A stretch of DNA of 64,000 bases. Source: Candidatus Woesebacteria bacterium. Lineage in GTDB: Bacteria; Patescibacteriota; Microgenomatia; UBA8517. The translations under genes and the position numbers were made by a program. The DNA lies in the NCBI GenBank assembly GCA_003484955.1, contig DMZH01000003.1:112387-176386 (forward strand), in the 5' to 3' direction. Position 1 is the first letter of the stretch; each line of letters begins with the position of its first letter. This document shows positions 39,322-50,700 of this stretch, piece by piece. The notes below the pieces were generated by a model, which worked only from the letters and a program-made list of their open reading frames with translations, searched no databases and was not told where the DNA came from.

Positions 39322-40136
39322 GTACTCCCCGATTCTGTCGCTATTGGTATTTCCACTACCCCGCTTGGCGTGGCACTTAGTTCGTCAAGAATTGTATTTA
39401 CAGATTGAGTATCTGCCGACTCTGTACTTTCCGAAAGTGGCGCCAGATTTAATAAAAACAAATCGTCAACCGATAGAGAAAACTTTTCCTCTGCAAGACT
39501 TTCTGCGGCTAAGTAAATATCTCCATTTTTTATTTTAGGATTCCTGGCCTTTTCCCCGGTTGTAACATCAACCGATTTATTGTCGTTAATGGAATAGACA
39601 ACCGCTCTCCAGGTGTCTGTTATGTCACGTCTTCCATAACTAATGTAGTCGTCGGAAAAATCAGGATTTAGAGAAGTATCCCCTGTTGTTAATTGTTTGG
39701 TCGATAACCCGTCAAAGAAAAATATTTGCCAAGTATTCCCATCCCACCCTTCCCAAACAACCCTTCCTTTATAATCAACCCTAGGATTAAGGTTGGTCCC
39801 CAAAAAAGTAAGCTGAGTTTTTGAATCCGAAATTGTATCATAAAGAAAAATCTGCCCTGCCTCGTTGTAATCGGAAACATATGCCACATATCTGCCATTC
39901 GTGAACGGGCTGCGGCTATTCCGACTTTCGTTCGTGATAAAGTGTTTGCTTCCCTGATAGGTATAAAAAACTTGTTGATACCCGCTAACCACTTCAGTGC
40001 CAACTTGCAAATCGTTTGCCTTTATATAGTCAGATAAACCTGCGTCTAGCTGTTGGGCAAGAATTGGTCTAACTCCAATAAAAAGCAATCCCGCAATTAA
40101 TAATGAAGCTGACCACGAAACAAATATTTTTCGCAT
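39315..40136 (-). CDS. Secreted PD40/TolB-like beta-propeller repeat protein.
   Basis: Signal peptide. Repeats such as GRYVAYVSDYNEAGQIFLYD and GRVVWEGWDGNTWQIFFFD. Confidence 0.45.
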   Translation of the reverse strand: MRKIFVSWSASLLIAGLLFIGVRPILAQQLDAGLSDYIKANDLQVGTEVVSGYQQVFYTYQGSKHFITNESRNSRSPFTNGRYVAYVSDYNEAGQIFLYDTISDSKTQLTFLGTNLNPRVDYKGRVVWEGWDGNTWQIFFFDGLSTKQLTTGDTSLNPDFSDDYISYGRRDITDTWRAVVYSINDNKSVDVTTGEKARNPKIKNGDIYLAAESLAEEKFSLSVDDLFLLNLAPLSESTESADTQSVNTILDELSATPSGVVEIPIATESGSTL

Positions 40137-40144
40137 ACAAAAAC

Positions 40145-42925
40145 TTAAAACTGTGTTATACCTTGCAAGATGTTTATTAAATTAACCGCAAAGGCGTGGA
40201 GACTGTCAGCCTGACTTTGGGTCAATTTATTACCTCTTTGACCCTCAACTTCATTAATAAAAGCGTTTAGGGCATTTGTTGCTTCTGTATTTGAATTATT
40301 ACTCGCTGCTGACAGAGCATCTAAAGCTCTCTGTAATTTTACATCTAAACTGTTCTCTATCCCCTGTTGTAGATTTAAATCTTCTACGGCATTAACTAAA
40401 TCTAGAACGGTTGGCTCTGTCATTACTGCAAAATCAGAAAAGCTTGTTGTAACCCCACAGATTATGTCATCAGTTGTGTCCAGTGAAGTTGTTATATTAG
40501 CCCAATTTTGTCCATTAAAGTGCATCAACTTTAGCTTGGATTCACTTCCTTGAAACGCCGTATCATCATAACTAAAACAAATAGTTATATTTCCAGTAAA
40601 CGTCGCTGTCGTAGAAATATTATAGTAAGTCGCCGGATTACCCAGCCTAAAACCGCTTGGAGGTTGGGTTCCAGAAGTACTTGTTGTTACTGTTGTCACT
40701 CCACTGGTATTAACTTGAGAAAAAGCCAGTGTTGTTCCATCGAGAGCAACTGACACACCATCTCCCACGGGAGTATTTGTAAAACTTAATTTTGACAAAA
40801 AGGCATCACCTAGACCAAGGCGATTAATTTGGATTGCGCCAGGGGTAATCGGGAAGTCTGGTGAGGAAGCACCACCGACAACATAGGCATTCAAGGAATT
40901 ATCTAAAACTATGCCATTGGCAAAATCACCCAAAAAACCACCCAAATAAGTTGAGAAGAGTAAACTCGAACCAGATTCATTAAGTTTTACAACAATAGCA
41001 TCACTATTGCCTTTATAGGCGCTTTGGATTGAATCCAAAAGTGGAAAATTTGATGAAGAACTTTGCCCAGCAAGATACAAATTACTTTGGGAATCTATTG
41101 CTATACTTCTCACTATATCGGAGCCATTTCCTCCTAAATAGGTTGAATAACCAAAGTTGCTTCCATCTGGGATAATTTTTGCTACAAATGCATCAGTATC
41201 ACCTCCGGCAAAAAGAGGCTGAAAGGAGCTACTTGTTGTAGGAAAGTCTAAAGAAGTTGTAACTCCCACCAAATACGCATTGTCACTCGAATCAACTTTA
41301 ATGCTCCTGACTTCGTCTCCTCCAGTCCCCCCTATAAGGGTAGAATATACAAATTGAGAATTGGGAATATCTATTACACTTATAAAACCATCTCTGTCAC
41401 CACGGTAAGTTTGCAGAGGATTTCTAACGGGATAGTTAGAAGATGCGGTGTAGCCAGCTACGTAAACCAGACCCGATTGACTTACATCAATCCCATATCC
41501 AATTTCATGCCCACTCCCCCCTAAATAGGTGGAATATTCAAGGTTGGAACCATCACTACTAATCTTCGCCATAAACGCATCTGTATCGCCCCCAGGGTTT
41601 GTCTGAAGGGCATTTTGTGTGATGGGAAGGTAATATGCAGAACCTGTGATGTAAACATTATTATAGCTATCTAGAGCAATAGCATAAGCACCAGACTGGG
41701 AATAGCCAAAAAATGTTGAGTAAATCAGCCCTGTCCCACTACTGTTTATTTTAGTTACAAAAACATTGCCAGCACCCCCAAGAAGGATTGGCTGGATTGC
41801 GTTAAAAGTGGGATAGTCAGGTGAGTTTGTCTCTCCAGCTATGTAGGCATTGCCACTTGTGTCAACGGCTATTGTCCTGCTTTGATCAGCCCCAGAACCA
41901 AGACTGCCGCCAATGTAAGTCGAATACAACAAAGATGACCCATCCGAACTAATCTTTGAGACAAAAGCATCAAAATTACTACCGGCAGAATGTGCAACTT
42001 GATAGGAACCCGGTGTTACCGGAAAATCGGAGGAGGTGGTCAACCCTGTAAGATAAATATTGCCCGCAGGATCAATCGCTACTGCATTGGATGAATCCAG
42101 ATTGGAACCCCCTCCCAAAAAAGTACTATACGTCAAAACAGGATCGATGTAGAGGGTGCTATTTAAGTCATAATCTCCAATTTGAAAACCAACATTTCCT
42201 CCACTGACAACATACCCTACATCCACCTGTTTACGATGCCCATCAATGACTTGCCAAGCCACTGGTGACTGTTCTGTCAAGACATACCCCATACCAGGAA
42301 CTTCGATTTCCAAACTTTCATTTTCCTGGTTTACTCGCTCACTAGTCGATCCATCATATTTCCACCGTATGGAATTTGGAGAGGCCCCTGGATCTACTTG
42401 ATAGGTACCCTTGAAAATCCCTTTGTCCCCACTATAATAAAGGTTTATACCTGGATATAGTTGCTTATACTCGATTATTCTATATGTAGGGATTCCTGTT
42501 CTCCAATCCTTGGATTCATTCCCTATAAAGAAATTAGCTGTCCCAGGTAAAAGGTCTTTTCCTGTTATTTCAGGGGCCGGATTAGCTCCCAAAAAAAACA
42601 TACTTAAAACAGTACTGTTTGTCTCCGTTAAGTCTGAAGCTTTAACACCCAAACTAGAAGTTCCCCTGTTACCTTTTCCTTTAGATATTAGGGATAGTGT
42701 TATTCCACTCTTGGTCACAAATATTGTTCCACCAGGTAGCTGGGTACGAAAAACAACACCCGAACTGAACTCGCCTTGATTTGGAATAAACGACAGTGGT
42801 AATTTTTCGAAGCTTTTTGTTTCCTTAAAAGAGCTTCCCGATCTCAAATTTAGAAATATCCAACCCAGAAACGCCAAAGAAAACGCTAATATAAGCACGG
42901 AGTAGACTTTATATTTTGTTTTCAT
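40145..42925 (-). CDS. Large secreted SBBP (beta-propeller repeat) protein with a C-terminal beta-sandwich and helical tail.
   Basis: Multiple repeats of the type 'YSTYLGG.G.D....IA.D..GN.Y..G.T.S.DFP.T...Q......DAFV.K....GS.L.YST'. Confidence 0.6.
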   Translation of the reverse strand: MKTKYKVYSVLILAFSLAFLGWIFLNLRSGSSFKETKSFEKLPLSFIPNQGEFSSGVVFRTQLPGGTIFVTKSGITLSLISKGKGNRGTSSLGVKASDLTETNSTVLSMFFLGANPAPEITGKDLLPGTANFFIGNESKDWRTGIPTYRIIEYKQLYPGINLYYSGDKGIFKGTYQVDPGASPNSIRWKYDGSTSERVNQENESLEIEVPGMGYVLTEQSPVAWQVIDGHRKQVDVGYVVSGGNVGFQIGDYDLNSTLYIDPVLTYSTFLGGGSNLDSSNAVAIDPAGNIYLTGLTTSSDFPVTPGSYQVAHSAGSNFDAFVSKISSDGSSLLYSTYIGGSLGSGADQSRTIAVDTSGNAYIAGETNSPDYPTFNAIQPILLGGAGNVFVTKINSSGTGLIYSTFFGYSQSGAYAIALDSYNNVYITGSAYYLPITQNALQTNPGGDTDAFMAKISSDGSNLEYSTYLGGSGHEIGYGIDVSQSGLVYVAGYTASSNYPVRNPLQTYRGDRDGFISVIDIPNSQFVYSTLIGGTGGDEVRSIKVDSSDNAYLVGVTTSLDFPTTSSSFQPLFAGGDTDAFVAKIIPDGSNFGYSTYLGGNGSDIVRSIAIDSQSNLYLAGQSSSSNFPLLDSIQSAYKGNSDAIVVKLNESGSSLLFSTYLGGFLGDFANGIVLDNSLNAYVVGGASSPDFPITPGAIQINRLGLGDAFLSKLSFTNTPVGDGVSVALDGTTLAFSQVNTSGVTTVTTSTSGTQPPSGFRLGNPATYYNISTTATFTGNITICFSYDDTAFQGSESKLKLMHFNGQNWANITTSLDTTDDIICGVTTSFSDFAVMTEPTVLDLVNAVEDLNLQQGIENSLDVKLQRALDALSAASNNSNTEATNALNAFINEVEGQRGNKLTQSQADSLHAFAVNLINILQGITQF

Positions 42926-42969
42926 TCTCCTATATTATTATAGCCCCTTGGTAACATCTTTCAAACAAA

Positions 42970-44766
42970 TCAATTTGTCCAATAAAAACCCTGTTTAATT
43001 CCCGATGAGAATGTACTGCCGTGACGAAGCAAGTCTCCTGTCCCCGGCTCAGTTGTCAGTGCTGGACAGTTATTCCATCCTGCAAGGCTAGTCGTTCCGG
43101 TACCATCAGCTGTTGTCTCCACTAATCTGAACAAATATCGAGTTGATGACACCGAACTTGTCCCAACAATATGGAAGTCAAATTCAATATCTTGCCCCGT
43201 TGCAGAAGTACCAGTTGGGGTATTGGCGGGCTTTACCTTTGAATATGTCTCAAGCATGTCGGTTCCTGTCAATTTTGCAACCGTTAAAGTCGTATCGTCA
43301 GCAACCGACGATGAAGCGTATTCCCAGGTGGCACTAGGAGCTACATCTGTCCACGAACCAGCAGAACAGTCAGAATCGGTACCAGCCCGAAACTGAAGTT
43401 TAAAGTATTTAGAACCTCCCGTAATAGTTGCAGTATTTACAGTTATATTTGTCCTTAATCTAAGTTCCTGGGCGGTGTCGGGCGGATCGTTTGCAATGGG
43501 TATGATCGTAATTCCTGTATTCTCAGCTAGATCTATTACTGAGACTGCGGACCAAGGATCGGTTACGTTTTCTGTGTCATTATCAACATACCACCTGTAA
43601 ACATTTTGAGTAAAAGTAGCAGATGCTGACTGAAGCGTTGTCGTTCCCGAAATCGCTACTGCGGTTCCCGGAGTTACCGTTCCGGACGACACAGTCATCT
43701 CTGTTGATGGGTTGGCAATTTGAATTTCTATCGTCTGTGTAGCTGAAGCTCCAGCACCTACATCCAAGACAACATATACACAAACCTCTGTTGTACCGAC
43801 TGACATTGAACCGGTTATCGTAGATTTTTCGGAAGCGTTGAAAGTGGCTCCGGTACCAAAAAGTGTCTCCGTACCGCCGTATGTTTCACTGGAACAGGTA
43901 GTGGCAGCTGTTTCATAATAAATATCAGCATTGGAAAGATTGCTGTTGGCGTTTACGGTTCCTGTATCGGTAATTATGACTTGAGTGACCGTTGCCGTGT
44001 TGATATCTGTCGCGAAGGTAAACGCGCCACCAACATAATTATTGGTAGAACCTATATTCATGGTAGAGGTTTGTGTACCTGTCGTACCAACTGTCATTAT
44101 TGGAAGAGTGTAAGTAATAGTAATTCTTACAGAATCCACATAGGCAGTAGTTGCCGCACCACCCCCTGAAACTTTAACGTTTTTGGCCGAAATCGCCGCA
44201 CCAAAAGTTGAGCCATTTATATCCGCTGCCGTCCAAGTATCTCCCCAGAGATTGGCAGCTCCGCCGTATGACACAAAAGTGTCCGTTGTTGTCCAATTAC
44301 TAATATTTGAAAGATCTGTGGCGCCAATAGCGTCAGTTTTAACTATCCTCACTGCATTATCCTGAGTTTCTCCAGTCCCGCCGTCAAGGCTGTCGCTTTT
44401 TTCCCATTCAACCGTAATACCGTCTATTCTGGCGTTTGAGGGAACAGAAAAGTTAAAACCGGTTGCTTTTATGTAATTGCTTACTCCTGTATTTTTTGTA
44501 AGAACTACGGATGCCTTGCTGTCATTGGTGGTAGTAGCATTCCCAGGAGTAGTCCAAGCAAGTGTGCCGATTCCTGCGTCGTTAACAGCCGTCGAAGCAT
44601 AACTTGGTCCGGCAGTAGCTGCCATTGCTTCCTGAATTTTTGGGGGGAAAATTCCGAACCCCGGAATTGAAATTGCAGGATAGCCGGTTAGAAGCCAGGA
44701 GAGAACCAAAAAAGTTACAAAAAAACTCTTGGTTATTCGAATAGTTTTTTTGTTCAATCTAATCAT
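42970..44766 (-). CDS. Secreted Thr-rich protein (598 aa), function unknown.
   Basis: Signal peptide with AMAA cleavage-like site. T/S/G-rich beta-type sequence. Sits 8 bp downstream of the giant gene. Confidence 0.45.
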   Translation of the reverse strand: MIRLNKKTIRITKSFFVTFLVLSWLLTGYPAISIPGFGIFPPKIQEAMAATAGPSYASTAVNDAGIGTLAWTTPGNATTTNDSKASVVLTKNTGVSNYIKATGFNFSVPSNARIDGITVEWEKSDSLDGGTGETQDNAVRIVKTDAIGATDLSNISNWTTTDTFVSYGGAANLWGDTWTAADINGSTFGAAISAKNVKVSGGGAATTAYVDSVRITITYTLPIMTVGTTGTQTSTMNIGSTNNYVGGAFTFATDINTATVTQVIITDTGTVNANSNLSNADIYYETAATTCSSETYGGTETLFGTGATFNASEKSTITGSMSVGTTEVCVYVVLDVGAGASATQTIEIQIANPSTEMTVSSGTVTPGTAVAISGTTTLQSASATFTQNVYRWYVDNDTENVTDPWSAVSVIDLAENTGITIIPIANDPPDTAQELRLRTNITVNTATITGGSKYFKLQFRAGTDSDCSAGSWTDVAPSATWEYASSSVADDTTLTVAKLTGTDMLETYSKVKPANTPTGTSATGQDIEFDFHIVGTSSVSSTRYLFRLVETTADGTGTTSLAGWNNCPALTTEPGTGDLLRHGSTFSSGIKQGFYWTN

Positions 44767-44774
44767 TTCAAAGC

Positions 44775-47700
44775 TTAGTTGCTTGTAAAGTAGTTAAGGC
44801 TAATTTCACCAACATCTGTTATTCCACCCGTTGCTGCAGCCGTTACATCAATCTGAATTGTCATATAGCTTCCTGCTGTCCAAGTACCTCCCGAGATATT
44901 TATTCCGTTCTGAATCCAGGTATTGGCGGCGCCCGCAATTTCCGTTCCCCCGGCATTATTTAATGCATTAGCGGTATCATAGACTTTTATATTGACATGT
45001 CCGTTTGTTGCATCGGATCTTTTCGCATAAGCTTGGATGGAATTACTCGTATCCCAAGCCGAGAAATTATCCGGAACTCTCCATTTTAGATATACTGTAT
45101 ATGTTTGAGGGGTTCCCTGGGTAGTTGTCCAGTTATAATAGTTATGAGTATCTCCCGAAGTGTTACAAACCGTTGTATTCGTTGCGGTTAAGCCCCCAAC
45201 ACCGGCTGATGCTGCACAGAAATCTGATGTCATTGTTCCCGTCCCGCTCCCTGTGAGAACAGCACCGGGAAATTCCGGAACAAGTTCTTCTCTTCTGTCA
45301 GGACGTGCAGTTCCGGCAAGGGCTGGGGCAGCTGCAGGATTAAATGTATATGTATTTCCCCCGCTTCCGATTGTTACTGTACTGGACGCTCCCAGTGTGG
45401 TTACACCCGAAACCGCCCCTGAGTTAATTATCATACCGTTGATTGTATTAGTTGCCGTTGCGCCACTAATTGCACCTGAAAGACCAAGTGTCGAGACACC
45501 AGAAACGGCTCCTGAGTTAATAATGATCCCGTTAATTGTGTTTGTGGCTGTTGCAGCAGTGATAGCTCCGGAAAGACCTAAAGTTGTAGCCCCACTAAGT
45601 GCGCCTGAATTAATAATAAGTCCGTTAATAGTATTGGTTGCAGTTGCGCCGGTTATGGCTCCGGACAGACCAAGTGTTGAAACGTTTGAAACCGCACCCG
45701 AATTTATTATTACTCCATTAATGGTATTTGTAGCGGTCGCGCCGGTTATCGCTCCCGTTGCAGAAAGAGTTGTGAATGCTCCACTTCCTGGAGTTGTGCT
45801 TCCGATTGAGCCGGGAGCAGCAAAAGTTGCTCCGTTAAGGGATGAGGCGTTAAGATTGGCAACATTGGTTGTTGAGGCAACCACAAATGGAGCTGTTCCT
45901 GTAACAAGAGTTGAAGTAATTTGACCAGAAGCATTGATTGTCGTAATTCCGGATAGAGCTCCTGAGTTAATAATCAAGCCGTTAATTGTGTTTGTTGCCG
46001 TTGCTCCGGTAATTGCTCCCGAAAGACCGAGCGTGGATACATTCGAAACTGCACCGGAGTTAATGATGATTCCATTAATAGTGTTAGTGGCTGTTGCGCC
46101 CGTGATAGCGCCTGTAGCCGAGAGTGTTGTGAATGCTCCGGTTGAAGGGGTTGAAGCTCCAAGTGTTGTCCCATTAATTGATCCGCCGCTAATTAAAACT
46201 CCTCCTGCAGCAAGAGTACCGTTAACTGTCGTCGTAACAGTTGCTCTACCAATTGCAAGGTTTGAGGCATTGGTTCCACCAATGGTAATTGCCCCATTTG
46301 AAGTTACTCCTGCCCCCGTATCAATTGTCACAGAACCCGAGGTACCGGACACGGAAGTTCCACCTGTTTGAATTGTAATTGCACCTGAATTTCCGGAAGC
46401 CCCGGTTGCTGTATTGATAGTAACTCCATTCAAATTACCGGTAGTACTAAAGGTGGCTCCGGCATCAAATGTAACTGCTGAATCGGACTTTCTAATTATT
46501 TTTGAGTTCGCATAATCAATTGTGATTCCTGCTACTCCTGCAGTTTCATCCGTGATAATAAAATCAGCCGCTACATAATTAAGAGCAACGGCAGAAGTTA
46601 CAATATTGGTACCACCTTCTTTAATTGTTGAAACTCCTCCCCCGGCACCAGTGTTGTCTGCTGAACATCCCCAGGTGTCTGCAGTTTCATTCCACTTTAA
46701 GAGTTGTCCATCGGAACATCCCTGAAGAAGGGTTACTCCGGAGACAAGAAGTTCCAGTCCGGAACCTGATGATGTGGTTACTGAAAGAGCATCTGTTGCG
46801 GCCGGAAGATCAATCCCCAGGCTTCCACCTTCCGTGCCGGTCATTGTTAGCCCCCCGTTTGAGGTGGCCGAGGCAATGTAATTACCCGTTGTGTCGGTTC
46901 CCAAAGCTACAGAATTTGCAGCAATTGTCAATCCTCCCGAAAAAGAACCAGATATATCTCCTCCCGTTGGACTTTCTCCAACGTTTACATATATTGAATC
47001 AAGGGTTGTGGAATAGTTGGAAGTTGTCAGATCGTCCGAGGCAGTTTGATCCCAAGCTGAGAGTTGAGCTGCTGCATTTGATGATGTGACGACAGTCCCG
47101 GAAGAGCCGCTAAATGTAAACGTTGAGTCGGAGGTGGAAAGATCCCCAATATCTAATATTCCATAGAGTGTTGGTGTTACGCCCGATTCCAACATTTTAA
47201 GTTCACTTGAGGTATTGACCAAAACAATGTCAAAGGCTCCCGTTTGATTCCAATCGGCGGTAAGGGCCGCCAGAGAAATTGTCGGAGCGGATCCTTCTCC
47301 CGTCGCGGCTGCGCTGATACCGTTTCCCGATGTCAAAGTCGCAACATAATCGCCTGTTGTATCAGTTGTTAAGGCTACAGAATTTCCAGCAATAGTTGTT
47401 GCAAAACTACCTGTTCCCGAACCCGTTACATCCCCTGTTAAAGTAATTGTCTGGTCTCCCGTGTTGGAACCTGAAACATTGGAGGCAGAGAGCGCTCCGA
47501 CAATGGTTAAGGCTCCTGCACTTGTGATTTTGTTGCTTGCACTGAAGAATTGTATATCTCCTTTGGTAATATTACTCGTTGAAACAAGTGTTAAAGTCTC
47601 ACTCGCAGCTGTCCCGCCTGTGATGGTAAAACTACCGGTTCCTGATAAAGCAGTGCCTGAATAAGTTCCACCTGAAAGGGATCCTCCTGATAGAGTTCCG

Positions 47701-50700
47701 CCTGAAAGAGTGGCACCGTTAATTGTTGATGAGGCTGATATTGTTGTAATACCACTTAATGCGCCTGAATTAATAATTAAACCGTTTATTGTATTTGTGG
47801 AGGTGGGTGCAGATATTGCACTCGTGGCGGATAAACCGGTAAATGCGCCACTTGCAGGTGTTACCGCTCCAATTGTTGCACCGTTAATTGTTCCCCCTGT
47901 AATTTGTCCTCCGGTGATAAAAACGTTACCCGCAGATTGAGTAGCAATTGTTCCTAAGCCTGATATATCGGTTGTTGAAATACTCAATAATGTTTTAACT
48001 TGAGCGGCAGTTAAAGCAATCGGAGTTGCGGAACTTCCAGTGTTGTTTCCGATAATTGAGTTGGCTGCGAGATTAGCCATCTTTCCCAAAGTTACTGCTC
48101 CATTGGCAATTGTTACAGCAAAAGATCCCGTACCAGAACCTGTTACATCACTTGTTAGACTAATTGTCTGATCTCCTGTGTTTGTTCCGGATGAACTGCC
48201 TGAAAAGTTTGATCCCAACAAAGTTCCAGTAACTGACAAATTCCCTGTTGTTCCCGCATCAGTTAAGGTAAGAAGAGTGTTGGGTGTAGCATTACTGTCT
48301 TTGATAGTTAACACCCCCGCGGCATCGCCTGCCCCCAAAGTCAATACCGGAACCGAGCTCGAGAAAAGTAATGGTGAGGCAGATGATAATGTAATTCCAT
48401 TTGATGTTGTTGCTCCCCTGCCCGTAACTGACAATAGAGTATCGGCTTCGGTAGTAGATAAATTAAGAGTTCCACCAAGAGAAAGGGAGCCTCCGCCTGA
48501 GAGAATTCCACTGGTGTTAATAGTAACCGAGGAGTTGGTCAAGCTGGAGTTGCCGATATTGGATAGTGTGTTGGTAGAACCCGATATAGAAAGACCCGTT
48601 GCGGTTCCTCCAATCGTCACACCACTAACTTGCCCCCCTGTTATGAATACATTACTTGCACTCTGAGTGGCTATTGTACCTAAGCCCGACACATCAGACG
48701 TTGAAATTCCAAGTAAAGTTTTGACCTGAGAAGCAGTTAAAGCAATCGGAGTTGTGGAACTTCCCGTATTATTTCCAATTATCGAATTGGCAGCCAAGTT
48801 TGCCATTTTACCTAAAGTAACTGCTCCTGAAGCAATAGTTGTAGCAAAAGATCCGGTACCGGTTCCGGTCACATCACTGGTTAATGTGATTGTCTGGTCT
48901 CCTGTGTTGGTACCGCTTGATGTTCCTGAGAAATTGGATGCACCAATTGTCCCTTCAACAGAAAAGTTGGCAAGTCCTGTACTACTGTTGGTAATGGTTA
49001 AAGTTCTATCAAGAGCATTATTAAAGTCAAATGTCAGGGAGGCTCCGCTTAATGGAATATTTGTGTCTGAGATAGTCAAGTCACTGAAAGTCCAAGCCCC
49101 TGATATTGATTGTATTTGGTCAGTCCTTGTAATTTTTGAATTGGTGTAATCAATTGCTATGTTTCCCTCTCCTGCCGGGGAATTTGTCGCATCAAAATCG
49201 GCTGCAAGAAAATCAACTGTTGTAGCGCTTGTAACCACATCAGCATCACCAATTTGGATGGTTGATATTCCTCCTCCTGCACCTGTGTCATCAGTACCGC
49301 AAGTTAAGACTCCTGCCACTGTCTCCAGAGCAGAACAGTTTGCAAATGAGCTATCGTACAATGTTATGCCAGCTCCACTACTACCCGCTTTGATTGTCAA
49401 AGTATCTGTATTAGTATCACCCAGGGTGGTATTTCCATTAGAATCAAGGATTGTGAAGTTACCACCTGCTCGGGTTGTACCACCAATGGTGATATTGTTA
49501 ATAGTTCCACCCACAAGTTGACCTCCTGTTATATAAACGTTGCTGGCAGACTGTGTTGCGATGGTGCCAAGGCCTGAGATATCGTTTGTTGAGATACCTA
49601 GTAAGGTCTTAACTTGGGAAGCTGTAAGTGCGATTGGTGTGGCAGCAGAACCAGTATTATTACCGATTATTGAATTTGCTGCCAGGTTGGTCATCTTACT
49701 TAGAGATACTGCTCCGTTTCCGATCGCGGTTAAGCCGGTATTATTTATTGATATATCTCCCGTAACGGCAACACCTGTTGCAATGTTTGATCCATTACCC
49801 ACAAAGATGTTGGCGCTTGTTAAGGTTTTTGAAAGCTTTCCCGAAAGAGAGGCTGTAAGATCTGTTTGATCATCAAGTAAGCCCGTGATTGCTCCCCAGG
49901 CAACTCCGGATGAGTTGGTAATCCAGGAAAGAGCAGAGCCGTTTGTACCCAGAACCTTGCCACTGTTGCCTGTTTGATCGGGCAGAACTTTGGTTGGGGA
50001 AAGGGATGTAATCCAGCCGGGATCAGCGTATGAACCGGTTGAAAGAATTATATTTCCCGTTGTCACTCCGTTGACGGCTACCGTTGATAATGATCCTCCG
50101 GAAATGGAACCACCCGAAATTGTGGCACCATTAATCGATACTAAACCACTAAGCTGTCCACCGGTAATAAACACATTGCTGGCAGATTGAGTAGCAATTG
50201 TTCCCAATCCCGAAACATCTGAGGTTGAAATCCCCAATAAAGTTTTAACTTGGGATCCGGTCAATGCGATTGGGGTGGCGGAGGATCCAGTGTTGTTTCC
50301 GATAATTGAGTTGGCTGCGAGATTGGCCATTTTTCCTAAAGTTACAGCTCCACCGGCAATTGTGGTAGCAAATGATCCTGTGCCAGATCCCGTAACATCA
50401 CTGGTTAAGGTAATCGTTTGGTCTCCTGTGTTGGTACCGCTTGATGTTCCTGAGAAATTGGATGCGGATATTGTCCCGTCGACTATGACATTGGCAACCT
50501 GGGAAGTCGTTGAATTAAGAATATTAAGTGTCCTCGTGGTGGCCCCGGTTAAATCAAATATCGTATTCCCGCCCGAGAAAGTAATTGTGGGGGTCGTTCC
50601 TGAAAAAGTAATCGGGGTGGCGGATGATAAAGTCAATGCTGTTGCAGTTGAAGCTCCGCGACCGGTGACCGATGAAAATGTATCCGCCTCAGTTGCCAAA

